A DNA stretch of 56,025 bases, taken from the NCBI GenBank assembly GCA_023137195.1, contig JAGLPV010000006.1, positions 1 to 56,025 on the forward strand, in the 5' to 3' direction. Made by a program: the position numbers and the translations under genes. Shown one piece after another: positions 31,701 through 46,700 of the stretch. The notes under the pieces are model-generated. The model made no database searches and was not told the origin of the DNA. It saw only the letters and a list, made by a program, of their open reading frames with translations. Every line of letters starts with the position of its first letter. Position 1 is the stretch's first letter. Origin of the DNA: Candidatus Aenigmatarchaeota archaeon (lineage in GTDB: Archaea > EX4484-52).

Positions 31701-34700
31701 AACAACTCCAACATCTTCCTTCGGTACAGAACAATCTCTAACCCAGACTGATTCAAACGGACAATACAATTACACTTACACAGCATCCCAATACGCCGGA
31801 GAATACACAGTCAAGGTCAACCTGACAGACTCAAACTCAATCTACGGAGAAAACGAAACAACCCTGAATGTAAAAATCAATTTAACCAGCCCGACAGCAA
31901 CCTCAACATCAACAGGAAATTCAAATGCAAACCCATCAGACACAATCAACCTGACCGTAAACATCCCAACTTCAAACATAAATTACCCAACCCTAAACAT
32001 CTCAAACGTCTGGGCAAACATAACCAAACCAACAGGTTCTGAACTAGTCCAGCTCTCCGGCTCTGTGCAGGGAAATACATGGGACGGGACATTCACAAAC
32101 ACAGCGGAGAGCGGAACCTACAACGTAACTTACTATGCAAACCTTACAGACGGTTTCAGCCACGTAACCACAACAACAACCCAGTTCTATGTCAAGGACA
32201 TATCCGTCACGATCAACCTCAACGACACAATAGTTAACCCCTCTCAAACTGTAGAAGTTTCAGGCTATGCAACATTACAGCCAGACGGAACAAACATAAC
32301 AGATAATATAATTAAGATATATCTCGATAATAAAAACATTTTCATAAATCTTACTGCAAATGGGATTTATTCTCATTTCAATCTAATCCAGTCAACTGAC
32401 AGCCATTTCAATTCAGGTACAACAAATAATACTGTTATAAGCGGATCTGGTGAAAATGGATATATAGGATTGTCTTCTTATTCCGCAGAAAAAGATATGT
32501 GGGATATATCTCCTGCAGATAGTGCAACTTTTTCTACAGGTGCGGATTTATCCTATCCTGGTTCAGGGGATTATATCTATGCTACAAAAGGCTCAGGTCA
32601 GGAGTTCTACCGTTACTCAATTTCGATTGACAGCTGGAGCGGTCTTGCAAATCTTCCTGCCAGTATCGGTGAAGGTTCTGATTCCATTGCAATAGATGAT
32701 TATGTTTACGTTGTCAGAGGAAATGGTTATACTGATTTTTGGAAGTATTCCATAACTTATAATAATTGGTCTGTTTTAACATCATCTCTTGCAAGTATTA
32801 ATTGGGGAGATTCAATAACATATCCTGGATCAGGCGATTACATTTATATCCCCCGCGGATATGATACTTCTACTTTTTGGAAATATTCCATTTCAGGAGA
32901 TAACTGGTCTACTTTAACCTCTGCTCCCGACGGTATTACGTATGGTTCAGAATTGGTTTCTGACCTGGCATTAGGAGATTATATATATACTATAGGAGGG
33001 TATTCATATGATTTCTATCGCTATTCTATTTCAGGAAACAATTGGTCTGCTACTGATGAACTTGCTGATGTACCGGGATATATAGGTAATGGCGGATGCG
33101 CTGTATATCCTGGCTCTGGCGATTATATTTATGCTTTGAAGGGAAATGGTGGACTCCCCTTCTATCGCTATTCTATTTCAGGAAACAATTGGGATAGTAT
33201 GGCTGATGCTCCTGCAACTATTGAGTATAGTTCATCTTTAGTTTATCCTGGCTCGGATAATTATATTTATGCTATTCGTGGAGGAAATAGTAATGATTTT
33301 TGGCGCTACCAGTTCAGGGAAAGCATATTTTATTCATCTGCAAATTTCACATCTTCAGTTATATATAGCAACCAGCAACCTGATTTCAAAAACATGACAT
33401 GGTCTGCAACAACAAATGAAAACACTACAGTAAAATTCCAGTTGTCTTCGTCATCAGACAATATCAGCTGGACATCTTTTGTAGGTCCGAACGGAACAAG
33501 CGAGGATTATTATAATATTTCCGGAACCACACCATGGTCAGGCCACAAGGGACATAGATATATTAGATATATGGCTTTCCTTGATACAACAAACATAACT
33601 CAGACCCCTCAACTGCATAATATTACAATTAATTATACGACGTCTATGACCGACTCAAACGCCAAATACAATTACACTTACACAGCATCTCCAACACTCG
33701 GAACCCACACCCTAAAAGTAAACCTCACAGACTCAAACTCAATCTACGGAGAAAACGAAACAACATTTGATGTAAGAAACCTAACCTTCACCCAGTTCAA
33801 CCTCTCAGACTCAGACACCCAGATGAACAACATCTTAAACCCACAAGAATCATACAACGCAACAGTAAAGATAAGAGAATACAACGGCTCCGATTACTTC
33901 GACGTAACTTTAGGGACATTCACAACAATAATAGCAGGAACAACCTATTCCCTAAACCATATCGGCAGTTCAGTCTGGCACACCAATGAAACTCTAACAG
34001 CTCCATCCTCTTTAGGACAGCATTCCTTCCTCGCAAACATAACAGGAACATCAGGCAACGATATAACAGACTCAATTCAAAATTCAAATTATACCTATTA
34101 TGTCAAGAACATCTCAGTCACACTAAACCTCGACGAAACAATAGTAAACCCATCACAGAACATAGAAATTTCCGGTAAAGCAACCCTACAACCCGACGCA
34201 ACAAACATAGCAAATAACACAATGTATATCTGGCAGGATAATTCACTGGCAGATAGTTCAAATCCGGGAAGGTATATGTCTACTCTGGGGGGAACATGGA
34301 AATACAGGAAAGCAATAACAATAAACAACACAGACAATGAAGTCGCAAATTACTCATTACTCCTCAATATAACCTATGACTCTGACATGAACCCTGACTT
34401 CTCTGACATAAGATTCACAAACAGTTCAGATAACGGGAAATTGAGTTACTGGATAGAAAGTAAAGTTGACAGTTCATACGCAGATGTCTGGGTCAAGATT
34501 CCATACGCTTTGACAAACACAACAAATACGACAATATATATGTATTATAGTAATACTTCTGCTGTTTCAAATGAGAGCAGTAGTGTAGATGTTTTCGGTG
34601 CAGATGCTACCTACGATACTTTCTCCGGATGGACAGAAGTAGATACATCCGGTAGAATATTATACACAAATAATAGAATAGAATATACCAACATGAATCT

Positions 34701-37700
34701 TGGCGATGATTCGCATACATATATGACTTTACCCGATTCCGGAACAAATTATGAAGCCACATTTAAATGGTTAATTTCATCATATACCGGGCAGGTTAAT
34801 AATTTGATTGGTTTTGGAGATGTTGCAGGAACTATGTGTGGTGACACTCCTTTTAATCAGGGTTCATCAATAATATTTAATATTGTAAGCGGACCTTCTA
34901 AAATGCGCCTTTATCTAATTGCAGGAAATTCAACAACATCTTCAGTGGTTAATTCAACGTCAACATATTATGGAAATAGTGATGTTATTGATTATAATAC
35001 TGTAGTCTATTCAAAATTATTATATGATGGAGAACATGCATGGATGTATAGTTATTCCGATGAAGCAATGACATCAGAAATAGCAGATAGTCGTCTGTCT
35101 GTTGCAGTAACAAATTTAGCTGATTTTAATTACTTCATGTCAATCGCAGCATATAAGGATTTTATTGCAGGCAGATATAGTACTGGTTGGGTTGATGATG
35201 TTAAAGTCCATAAATATCTTTCAACAACCCCAACATCTTCATTCAGTTCAGAACAATCTCTGACCCAGACCGACTCAAACGGACAATACAACTATACCTT
35301 CACAGCATCCCAATATGCAGGAACCCACACAATCAAGACAAACCTCACAGATTCAAATTCAATCTACGGAGAAAACTCAACAACCCTAAACGTAAAAATC
35401 AACCTCACAACCCCAACAGCAACCTCAACCACATCAGGCACAGCCTATGCAAATCCATCAGAAACAATCAACCTTACAGTGACCATCCCGACCTCAAACA
35501 TCAACTATCCAACTTTAAACCTCTCAAACGTCTGGGCAAACATAACAAAACCAACGGGTTCTGAATTAGTCCAATTATCCGGCTCTGTGCAGGGAAATAC
35601 ATGGGACGGAACCTTTACAGATACAAATGAAATAGGAACATACAACGTAACATACTACGCAAACCTTACAGATGGTTTCAGCCATATAACTACAACAACA
35701 ACTTCTTTCTATGTAAAGAACATCTCAGTTACGCTAAACCTCAATGATACAATAGTCAATTCGGCAGACCGTATTGAAGTATCGGGATATGCAACATTAC
35801 AACCCGACGCAACAAATATAACAAACAACACAATCTCAATCTGGCAGGACAATACAGTTATATTGGGGGGCAATTGGTGGAACTCAACCTTTGAGAGAAA
35901 GAAAGCAATCCATGTAAACAACACAGACAATGAAATCATCAACTACTCATTATTACTAAACATAACATACGACCCGGACATGAACCCGGACTTTTCGGAT
36001 TTGCGTTTTACAAATAGTGCAGGAGACACTTCATTAAGTTATTGGATTGAAAATAACATATCTTCAACTTACGCAGATGTTTGGGTAAAAATACCATACA
36101 CTTTGACAAACACAACAAACACGACAATCTATATGTATTATGGAAACACCACTGCTGTAAATACAACAGGAAACGCAACAAACACATTTATATTCTGGGA
36201 TGATTTCGAGGATAACGATATTTCCGATTGGAATATAGTACTTGCTGGTGGTGCATCTTGTACTGTGAGTGGTGGAATAGTACATACAGAAGCAATACAT
36301 AGTACAGAAAGATGTTATATGCAAAAAATAGGTATATCAAATGAATATGATAATGTAATTGAATCAAGAGCAAAACAAACATTTGTATCGGGCAATAGTA
36401 TTGGTGTAATAGGTTATGGTGGTAAGTTCATATATATGGGCAGAGAAGATACTGACCAGACAGAAGTTATGTATCGATATTATGACCCCGGCAATGTTGA
36501 ACAGAATATATTGAATATTGATGTTGGTGTCAATATCCAAACACAATATAATATCTGGAGTATCAGTTTCAATCATGGCACAACAAATTATGCCCGATTC
36601 GCAATCAATTATAACTTTTCTACAGATTATGCTGTATATGCTAGTGGAACAACAGATATATGGTTAGGACAATCGGGTTATAATACGGGACATGATACTT
36701 ATTTTGATTGGGTACGAAAGAGGAAATTTTTAAATACAACCCCAATAACATCATTCGGTGCAGAACGATTTATTGCCCAAACCGATTCAAACGCACAATA
36801 CAACTACACCTTCACATCCTCATCTACACTCGGAACCCACACATTAAAAGTAAACCTAACCGACCCAAACAACATAGCAGGAGAGAACGAGACAACATTC
36901 GATGTAAGAAACCTAACCTTCACACAATTCAACCTCTCAGACTCAGACACCCAGATGAACAACATATTAAACCCGGCAGAAGCCTACAACGCAACAGTAA
37001 AGATAAGAGAATACAACGGCTCCGATTACTTTAATGTAACAAGTGGCACATTCACAACAATAATAGCAGGAACAACATATTCTCTAAACCACATAGGAAG
37101 TTCAGTCTGGCACACAAACGAATCCTTCACAGCTCCATCCTCATCAGGACAGCACTCCTTCATTACAAACATAACAGGAACATCAGGTAACGGCATAACA
37201 GATTCAATACAAAATGCAAACTACACATATTATGTCAAGAACATCTCAGTCACACTTGATCTTGACGATACAATAGTCAACCCATCCCAGAACGTGGAAG
37301 TTTCAGGAAAAGCAACACTACAACCGGACGCGACAAACATAACAAGCAACATAATTTCTATCTGGCAGGACAATACCTATATAACAGGAGCGAGCAATTG
37401 GTGGAACACAACTTTCCAAAGGAAGAAAGAGATACAGATAAACAACACAGACCTGGAAATTGCAAACTATTCTCTTTTACTGAATATAACCTACGATTCA
37501 GATATGAACCCGGACTTTTCTGATTTGCGATTCGTAAATGGCTCGCATAATTCAGAGCTAAATTACTGGATAGAAAGCAAATCAGACAGCTCTTATGCCG
37601 ATGTTTGGGTAAAGATTCCATATGAACTAATCAACACAACAAATACGACAATATATTTATACTATAAGAATAATACAGCCGTTTCAAGCAACAGCAACAT

Positions 37701-40700
37701 AAAAACCGCCTTTGTTTTCGGTGATGATTTTGAGGATACAGACTTTAGTGAATGGACAGTAGATGCTGCGCAGACATGGTCTAGAAGCACAACACAGGCA
37801 CAGGATGGAACATATTCTCTAAAGATTGTTCAGAATCCAAATACCGCAACAATAAGTTACAAGGATATTACAGCAGATCAATATGTGATATCAGGATGGA
37901 TATATCAGTTTGCAAACGGTGGTTTTGTAACACCTTATCAATATCATTTCCAGATTAGAGAAGGAGGAGGGAGTAGTACACAAAGTCTTGCTTATGAGAC
38001 ATATATTGGCGATACAGAAGAGCCACAGGCGACCTATAGGTATGGAGGAGCATACCATAAAGATGGAGTAACAAGAACAGCAAAATGGCGTAAGATAAAT
38101 ACAGTGACAAATAGCAGTGGTACTTTCTTATATGTTGATGACACATACCGGGGGAGTGATACATGGACAACAGTAGACAGAATACAGTTTTATTTTTACC
38201 ACAAAAATGGAATAAGTGGTGATACAGGATATATTGACACAGTATATGTAAGAAAATATCTTTCAACAACCCCGACATCCTCTTTTGGTGCAGAACAATC
38301 TCTAACAACAACAGACTCAAACGGACAATACAACTACACTTTTTCCACATCTCCAACACCCGGAACCCACACATTAAAAGTGAACCTAACAAACTCAAAC
38401 AACATAGCAGGAGAAAACCAGACAACATTCAGCGTAAGAAACTTAAAAATAGACAACTGGCAGATTTTAGATGCTCACACAGAAACAGATGCAGTCCTTT
38501 ACTCCCTTGAAAACTTCAACATAACAATGCTGATCAGAGAATACAACGGCTCAGATTACTTCAACATAACATCCGGAACATTCAATATAAGAATAGAGGA
38601 AACAAGCGACTACAAATCATTGACACACCAGTCCGGTGCAGAATGGAAAGCAGAATTCACCGCCCCAAACTCAAGTGGCACATATACAATAGAACTAAAC
38701 GGCACAACTCCAAACGGAATCAACGGCAATAACCAAACGACCTTCGAAATCCCCGAAAACTTCAACATAACTTTACTAAATTCCACAGGCAGCCCAATCC
38801 AGAACAACAAGATAACAGTCTACCAGACAGGAACATCTACGGTTGGATGCGAAGCAGACACCGATGCAAACGGAAAAATAAAATGCAATCTGGAAAACAC
38901 AACAAACTACGACATAGACATAGACAATTACGACGGAAACATCCTGAACATTTCCGCCCCTCTAAACATCACACTCCAGCCATTAAACATAACAGTACTC
39001 AACCACAACTCAATTCCAAAGCAGGATGTAGTTGTAGACATATATTCAGCAGGCAATTTAATCTCGACAGCAACAACACACTCCAACGGCAAAACAAACT
39101 TCACTCTAAACAATTCCGCCCTATACAACATCACAGTGTTCGGAAATACCGAGCCTTCAATACAGGAAGTATCAGTTCCATCCTCAAAAACAATAAACCT
39201 AAACCTCACATTAACCGCAACCATGGCAGACACAATCATAATGCCCGGCATTACAAATACAGTATCCGGAACAATTATCCTTCTGCCGGACAACACAGCA
39301 ACAGCTTTCAACCCAGTCAACATTTACCTAAACGAAACCCTCCTCACTGTCGGAAGTTTCCTGAACAAGACATACAGCACAAATGACGATTTATCCAATG
39401 GCACCTCTGTAAATGTCACAAATTCCTCAGACACATTAACACTTGACCCGAGAGGAGAATATTATTTTGAGGCAGAAAACTACATCTCGTCATCAGGCAT
39501 AACCGTCAGAAATAATGGCTACCAGCCGTGGGATGGAGACCCTTCAGGAAACCAATACGCAGAAGGCACACATCCTGCATGGGCAAATTACAATATAACA
39601 AATATCCCGGATGGCAATTATTACATATTTGTAAAGATGTATGCAGGCGCGACAGACAGGATGGTAAATATTACATGGGATGGAAATATAGTAGACACTA
39701 CAGCCTTCGGTTCATATTCCGGCGACATCTTATGGAGCAATGCCTTGTCTCAAACAGTCACAAAGAATTCAACATCGCACACATTGGGTTTCAATTCAAC
39801 CTCCAGCAACCCGTACATAGATGTAATCCTCCTTACAACAAACGCTTCCTTTACCCCTGACAACATAGACCAGAACTACACCAACACCCCTCTAAAATAC
39901 AGCGGTCATTTCACATCAAACAAGACAACAACAACAACTCATCCAATAATCTCCATCACCCCATCATGGCAGTCAAATGAGCCTTCTGGCTCAAACATAA
40001 CAATAGACATCTCAGCAGACAACGGAACAAACTGGTGCGAAGATGTAACCCAATCCCAGGAATACAGAACCGGCGCTTCATGCGGTTCAATCGGCACAGG
40101 CACAGAAATTGTATGGCGCGCAACTCTAAATACAAACAACTCTTTTGCAGATTTAAAACTCCACAACATCACATTAAACTACGAGACAGGAAACGCAACA
40201 AAGACAAACACCTCGGGTCAATACACATTTACCTTCTCCAGCGGCTCAACCCCTGGATGGTACACAGTCAAGATAAATACAACAGATTCAAACAGCATCT
40301 CGGGAAACATTACAACCACATACTTGGTTGACACTTTTTCCATTACAACAGACACTCTGCCCAACACAGCAGATGCAGATACGCTCTCACAGACAATAAC
40401 CACAAGCATAAACTCAAACACAGGAAGGACATCAGGAAAAAGGCACAACATAACAGCAACAATCACAAATCCTGACTCAACGCAGGACACAATACAAAAT
40501 TCAAGCATCTCCTGTTCAGACAATTATCCAATGACTTGTTCTGCCACATGGACCCCGGGAACAACACAGCCTTTCGGCTGGTACAACATAACCATAAACT
40601 ACGAGGACAACGAAAGCATAACAGGACAGAACACGACATACAATGACTTCAAAGTTGACAATATTACAACAAGTTTTACTTACATACCAGCAATACCGAT

Positions 40701-43700
40701 ACTATCAACAGAGAATATTACAGTAAACGGCACTGCGAATTTCTTCTATGACGGAAGTCCTGTCCAGAACAGGTCTGTTGGCATTTATATTGATGATGAA
40801 CCGGTCACATTAGACTGGTGGAATTCAACTTTCCAGAAAAAGAAAGAGCTACAGATAAACAACACAGATATAAAAGTCGCAAACTATTCCTTGCTCTTAA
40901 ATATAACCTATGATTCTGACATGAACTCAGACTTCTCTGACCTAAGATTCACAAACAGTTCAGAAGATGAAGAATTATCCTACTGGATAGAAAGTAAAGT
41001 CGACAGTTCATATGCAGACATTTGGGTAAAGATTCCCTGCTCTCTAACCAACACGACAAATACAACAATCTATATGTATTATAAAAACACTACAGAAGTA
41101 TCGACCGAAAGCAACATCAAGACAGCATTTTTAATTGGTGATGATTTCGAGGATGGGACATTAGATGCATGGAATATAAATCTTGATGGCGCAACAATTG
41201 GCGTGAAACAATATTCAAATAATAATTATGTAGCATATATAAAAGATAGTGGTGGATCATTAAGATCTCATGTAACACAGATGACTACTATATCCTCAGA
41301 ATATGTTATTGAAGTTGAAGTAAATCAGACTGGTAATAATGCAGTTGGTGTTGGTCAAGTAGAATCATTAGGAAATGTTCCAATTTTACCATTATATCAA
41401 ACTTACGATGGAATTGCATATATACATGATGGTGTTGACCAGCAAGAAGGAAGTGCATGCTGTACTTTTGATATATTCAATTCATGGGAAGCAGTTCAAA
41501 CAGGTACATCATGGGAACTCTTTGTTAATGATGTTTCAAAAGCAACAAACACAGGAACAGCAAGCGCAAAACAAGGATTTGGTTTTATGGGTAGTGATGG
41601 GGGAGCTGGTGATTTTGATAATTTTAGAGTACGAAAATACCTCTCATCAACTCCAACCTCATCATTCGGATTAGAACAATCCAGCGCATTAGTCCAGACC
41701 GATTCAAATGGAAACTACGGAAAAACATTCCCCGCCCCAACACAAATAGGAACCCACATAATAAAAATCAACCTCACAGACTCAACAGGCAACCTCCAAG
41801 GCACAAACCAAACCCAGGTAGAAGTCTGGGCGCCAACAATAGTAAACTATACAACCACCACAACATACAACACAAATACAGACTACAACATAACCGGATA
41901 CTACTGGAGAACAGACACAACCAATCCAATACAGGGACTGATAAACACAACAATATACAACAACACATACTCAATCTCAAAAACCTGCGAAAATACCGAA
42001 TGCCTAAAAACATTCACAATAGGACCAACAGGGGAATTAATAGGCGGAAACTACACAGTAAACATAACCGCCAACAACAACTCCGCATACTACATGCCAA
42101 ACTCAACCCAGTACAACATATACCTAGAAGAGCCCAAAGCCACGGGAACCCTGAACGCCGACAACAAGATAATAGCAGACATGACATATGGAATAGACTA
42201 TTCATTCAACCAGACAATAACACTAAACAACACCCATAAAGCAAAAATGCACACCCCAACCATAGCAGAACTGATTAACTACATTGGATGCAGCGAAATC
42301 AAATCCATTGAAAATCTGACATCCATGAACTGTTCAGACACACCGGTAAACTCCGCATGCTCTGTCAAGTTCAACGTAACCGTTACAGGCAGTGCATGCT
42401 CTCAACCACCATGCCCGATAGGATGTCTTGACTGGAATTCCAGCTGGATAAACAACGACAACACCGGAAGTTCAACCACCAACACAGATTATTTAGTATA
42501 TGTCAGCGGCAACCCAGACATGAATCTTTCCAAATATTTAATCAACATAACCGACAACATAGGAACAACCAACACAACGTCAATCAGTGTAGATAACATA
42601 GGAAATGAGAAACTGGGAGAAAGTAGCAACCCATCAAATAGCATATTCGTAGATTACATAAACCAGACGATGCCTTCTTCATGGATACAATTCTATTCAA
42701 CCGCCGCCCAGTGGAATGATGCAAACGACTACTGGGACTACCTGAACACCGAATACGGCTACACTCTCCAGGTAAACATAACAGCGGACAATTACACAGC
42801 AGGGACCTACACAGGAATCATAAACATAACATCTTACCGCCTCGGCAGTATCCAGACCTACAAAGAAATCAACGTCAGCATTACAATATCACCCGGATTG
42901 GCATTATCACAGGACTCGATAAACCACACAGAATACATCGGCACATCAAACATAACAAACATATCTGTGCAAAGCACAGGAAATTCACCAGTAACAAACA
43001 TCACAATAAATTACATCCTTGGAACACTTCCCGCAGAATGGATAGATTTTGCTTCCATAGAAGCAGGATGGAACGACACCTTAAATTCATTCAACAGCAT
43101 AACAGAATACACAAGCAAGATATTATCAGTAAACATAACCGCTCTGGACTACACTCCCGGCACATACACAGGAAAAATAAACCTAACAACAAATGAAAAC
43201 CTATACCGGACAATAAATGTTTCAACAACAATCACCCCGGCAATAAACACAACAATCAATTCAATCAACATCACCCAAAACATAAGCCATGCACAATCCA
43301 TATGCCCAAAAATACAAAGCACAGGCAATGCCCCGTTAACAAACATAACCATAGTACTAACAAACAGCACAATCCCATCAGGATGGCTGACAATAAATTC
43401 AACAGCACCAGAATGGAACCAGTCAACAAGCAGTTTCACAAGAATAACAGAAGAGACAAACAGAACATTAAACATAACAATTAAGGCGACAAGCTATATC
43501 CAGGGCACCTACACCGGAATATTAAACATCACCTCCTACGAAAACCAGAACACCCAAATAAACCTGAGCATAACAATAAATCCAAATGCCACAACATATA
43601 ATTTACAAAGAAACAACGAGCACGGAGAGATTATAGAACTATACCACATAATAAACTCAACAGGAAACACGCCATTGCTAAATGCAAACGCCACATACAT

Positions 43701-46700
43701 AGAATCAACCCTTCCGGCAAGCTGGCTGACCTTAAAATACGAATCACAGAATGGCAGTTCAGTAGATGCAGGAAACATAACAGAAAACTCGCACAAAAAC
43801 ATTACAGTAGAAATTACAATCCCTGAGTACCAAGACCCGGGAATCTATACAGGATACATAAACACAACATTCGACAACGAACCAACACAACAAATAATAG
43901 TCAGCCTGACAGTAAATACAAATTCCTCGTGGTTTTTAGAACCCATTGTCAATAAGACAAACATGTTCCTCCTGAGTGAATCAGGAGTGATAGGAAATGT
44001 CACGATAAAAAATACAGGAAACATCCCTCTAAATTACACCATAATCTACGACACCAATGCAGTATGCGACAGTTATACCTGTATGGGAAGCACAGCACAG
44101 TACAACCCAGCTTACGTATATGTCGCCAAGAACAGTACCCATGTATTCGGGGTATGGCAGCAGGGCACAAGCAGTACAAAGACAAATGCGCAGATAGAAG
44201 TCAACGTCACAAATTCAACCGGGACGCCGCAATACTCGCTTGCATACATGTTCTGGAATATAACAAATGCCCCTCCTGTCCTAATAAACCTAACAACTCT
44301 TCCAAAAAACTATGTTGAACTAGACCAATCAATCACACTATATGCAATAATATCTGACGATGAAAACGAATTGCCAACAACAGGAATGAACCTAAGCTCA
44401 GTTTACTTCAATGTTACAGACCCATCAGGATACATCTATCACATAGACAACAATTCAATATCTTATGTAGATGATGGCGACCATGAAGGAAATGAGCAGG
44501 ACAGGAAAAAATTCAACCACACATTTACAAACACATCCATGTCAGGCATCCACAACCTGACAGTCTACATAAAAGACAAATCAAACAACGAGATAAACAT
44601 CTCATTATTCCAGTTCAACGTAATCGGGACGACAGACATTAGCATAACCGCAGCAGCCCCTCCAACAGCCCAGAATGTAACAATTCTTCACGGCGAAAAC
44701 CTGACAATACCAGTAAACATAACAAATACCGGACAGTCAGTCGCATACAATATCACAATAACAGGAACATTTGGAAGCGGAGCAGAATCATGGACCGTAT
44801 GGAACAAGACATACACAAACATAACAGAAACCCAGGCAATACAGGAAAACATAACAATAACAGTTGCCTCAACAACTGTCGCAGGAAATTACCAGTTCAC
44901 TCCAAAAGTCACATGGAATCAGCCAAATTCATCTTTATATGAAAACACAACTAGCTCTCCATTAACCGTAAATGTAGCAGAGAATCCTGAAATAATACCG
45001 CAAACTCAGGTAGAAGAGTCAATGAATCATGGAGAACAAAAGTTAATCAACATCCCTGTAAATTCAACAGGAAACGATGACTACGACTTACCCTCATTTT
45101 ATATTGTTGAAGGAACAGCATCAGGATGGGTATGTTTCAGCAATTACTGTTCAAACAGCGGAACAACCACCTACTCTTTCTGGACCGAACTGATGAAGGG
45201 AAGCTCATATAATCTCCCGGTTTACCTGGAAGTTCCTCAAGGAACAGTTCCGGGAAACTACACATCACAAATTGAAATAAATTCAACTTCCTATGCCTCT
45301 TCAAGATATAAAACAGTAAATATAACAATAACAGTTCTGGATGACAGGAACTGGACCGTCTCCGAACCATACAACCACACTTCATTTGACCTGAACACCC
45401 CTGGCATTATAAAGATAATAACAGTAAACAGCACAGGAAATATCGGGACAAACTTCACAATAAATTACACCAACTGGTCGAATACCAACTATCACGCATA
45501 CTCGGGAATTTTCAACGAGAGCCAGAACAATTCGGGAACTCTCGTCAATCCAAAAAGCGTTTACATTGGACCAAACGAGGCAAAGAACATAACAATATAC
45601 CAAAATGGTCACTATGCAGGTTTAGAGAACATAGGCATAAACATAAGCATTTCAAATTCATCGGCATCCCCAAACACAAGAACAATACTGACAAGATTCA
45701 ACCTAACAGAAGCATCACCACAGATAACAGGTATAACATTCTTCAACAATTCCTATGTAGAACTAAACAATACAATAGGCATAAAAATAATCGCATTAGA
45801 TGACGCGGCATTAAATATAAGCACAATGAAATTAAATATTACCTATCCCGACAATTCATCAATACTGGTATCCCCTCAATACACAACTCAAAACCAGACC
45901 GCCTACGGAAAATACATCAAAATGAATTACACTTATCTTTTCAATTCAACAGCCATTGCAGGAACATACACAGCAGCAGCAAATCTTTACGATGAATTCG
46001 GGTATTGGGTGCAGTCACCAGGATATGATTTTTCTGTAATCGGCTCAACAAGTTTCACCATAACGCCAAATGAATCATCTTATTCCATAGACGGCATCAG
46101 CCAGGCATTGAGCAATAACCTGACAATCCCAATAAATGTAACAAATACAGGACAGGTAACAGCTTACAATGCAGTCCTCACAGGTTTTTCAAGTTCAAAT
46201 GCAAGCCAATGGACAATCCATAACAAATCCCTCGGGAATATTTCGGCCTCTTCCAACATACAGACCAACATAACAATAACCGTCAAAAACACAACATGGC
46301 CCGGAGAATATCAATTCACGCCAAAAGTCACATGGCAGCAGCCAAACGGCAGCAGTCAGCAACAAACAACATCTACTGTTTCCATCATAGTAGAGTCCAA
46401 CAAGACAATAGTATTTGAAGAATATAACTCAAATTTCACAATCCGGCATGGAGAAACTAATTCAAGCCAGATAAAGATAAGTGCAATAGGAAATGACAAT
46501 GTAACATTAATACAATTATTCAGGCAATATCCATCAAACCTGACTGTGACCTTAAACGAAACAGAATTCTCAGCCATAACAGCAGGTCAGTCAGAATACG
46601 TACAACTAAACGTAAGCACTGCTTCAGGATCCCCCAACAACACATATCAGTTTGACATAGAATTATACGCAAACAACAGCCTGCAAAAAACATATGATTT

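Noticed and set aside
22840-38430. Giant ORF as a repeat-collapse or assembly artefact
   Set aside because: Every unit has a unique payload and many synonymous differences, and the frame stays open for 32.7 kb. Long reads are still needed for final proof.
22840-41730. Diversity-generating retroelement or shufflon driving payload variation
   Set aside because: No reverse transcriptase, template repeat, adenine-specific pattern, recombinase or inverted cassettes in the window. Payloads differ wholesale.
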